The position numbers were made by a program, and so were the translations under genes. A stretch of 62,124 nucleotides of DNA from a virus. Below are positions 61,801 to 62,124 of the stretch, piece after piece (the stretch's first letter is position 1; every line of letters begins with the position of its first letter). The DNA lies in IMG/VR virus record IMGVR_UViG_2710723518_000006, positions 1-62,124 of that record; one strand, 5' to 3'. A model generated the notes under the pieces. The model worked only from the letters and a program-made list of their open reading frames with translations. It made no database searches and had not been told where the DNA came from.

Positions 61801-62124
61801 TGGCTGCGTCCTTTTTTGATCGTCTCCCACTCCGCGTCGGTCAGGGCGCAGAGGATGTGCCCCGGCCCGCCAAGTGCGGCTGGCGAGAGGATTGCGCCGT
61901 CGATGTTAGCACCGCACCAGGAGCAAGCAATCAGCGACGCTCCGTTCAGCGACGCATCGTCCAGCGACGCTCCGTCCAGCGACGCTCCGTTCAGCGACGC
62001 TCCGTTCAGCGACGCTCCGTCCAGCGACGCATCGTCCAGCGACGCATCGTCCAGCGACGCTCGCCTCAGCGACGCTCGCCTCAGCGACGCTCCGTTCAGC
62101 GACGCTCCGTTCAGCGACGCTCCG
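61797..62124 (-). CDS. Pentapeptide-repeat protein, C-terminal part (enters from the window end; stop 61797-61799)
   Basis: ...ASLNGASLDDASLIACSWCGANIDGAILSPAALGGPGHILCALTDAEWETIKKGRSQ*. The frame is continuous with 1-380 once the 84-bp overlap is merged. Confidence 0.85.
   Translation of the reverse strand, partial: GASLNGASLNGASLRRASLRRASLDDASLDDASLDGASLNGASLNGASLDGASLDDASLNGASLIACSWCGANIDGAILSPAALGGPGHILCALTDAEWETIKKGRSQ
61936..62124. repeat. 15-bp tandem repeat array, 12.6 units; the last 84 nt duplicate nt 1-84
   Basis: Same four unit types as 1-240. 62041-62124 is identical to 1-84. Confidence 0.97.

Noticed and set aside
1-62124. Genome-wide TGA reassignment, prompted by the in-frame TGAs at 8990 and 15711
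   Set aside because: Dozens of genes end in TGA with ATGA or TGATG start-stop coupling, and their lengths make sense under the standard code. The two cases are treated as local events.
1-62124. Lysogeny module, diversity-generating retroelement or retron
   Set aside because: No tyrosine or serine recombinase, reverse transcriptase or template/variable repeat pair was recognisable in any frame. The only repressor-like genes are small HTH proteins.

Overview
The window looks like a complete, self-closing genome of a GC-rich tailed phage (Caudoviricetes). Nt 62041-62124 repeat nt 1-84, and joining them restores one in-frame gene, giving about 62,040 bp. I saw no rRNA, no convincing tRNA, no CRISPR array, no integrase and no reverse transcriptase. 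Genes form two arms. They diverge from an AT-rich switch (632-721, palindromic operator) and converge on two iteron-like repeat fields (10624-11046, 11575-12094). The rightward arm (+ strand, 722-11571) carries an HTH protein, an SNF2-like helicase, an N4/N6 DNA methyltransferase, CsrA, an HNH nuclease, a C5 methyltransferase and many small ORFs. The leftward arm (- strand, 631 -> 1 / 62124 -> 12095) starts with a pentapeptide-repeat gene built on a near-perfect 15-bp VNTR. It continues with a recombination/replication module (Sak4-like ATPase, DUF669 SSB-like, RecD-like helicase, ERCC4 nuclease, primase-helicase), a sigma70-like promoter, an XRE regulator and lysis-type genes. These are followed by tail fibres, a sugar/nucleotide accessory island, a ParB-like nuclease, terminase, Mu-like head genes with a lambda D/E-like decoration/capsid pair, and tail/portal genes. 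The most unusual items are: (1) a TerL intein whose HNH endonuclease sits in a different reading frame from the intein; (2) the VNTR pentapeptide gene, which is also a dense GGA array in a phage that encodes CsrA; (3) a duplicated structured leader with covarying stems in front of the two capsid-shell genes; (4) two HNH cassettes each tied to fragments of a C5 methyltransferase gene; (5) a gene flanked by iteron fields; (6) a large glycosyltransferase next to the capsid gene. GCGATCGC (the cyanobacterial HIP1 octamer) is strongly over-represented, which hints at a cyanobacterial host. All calls come from reading the sequence and from remembered family motifs. No database search was run.
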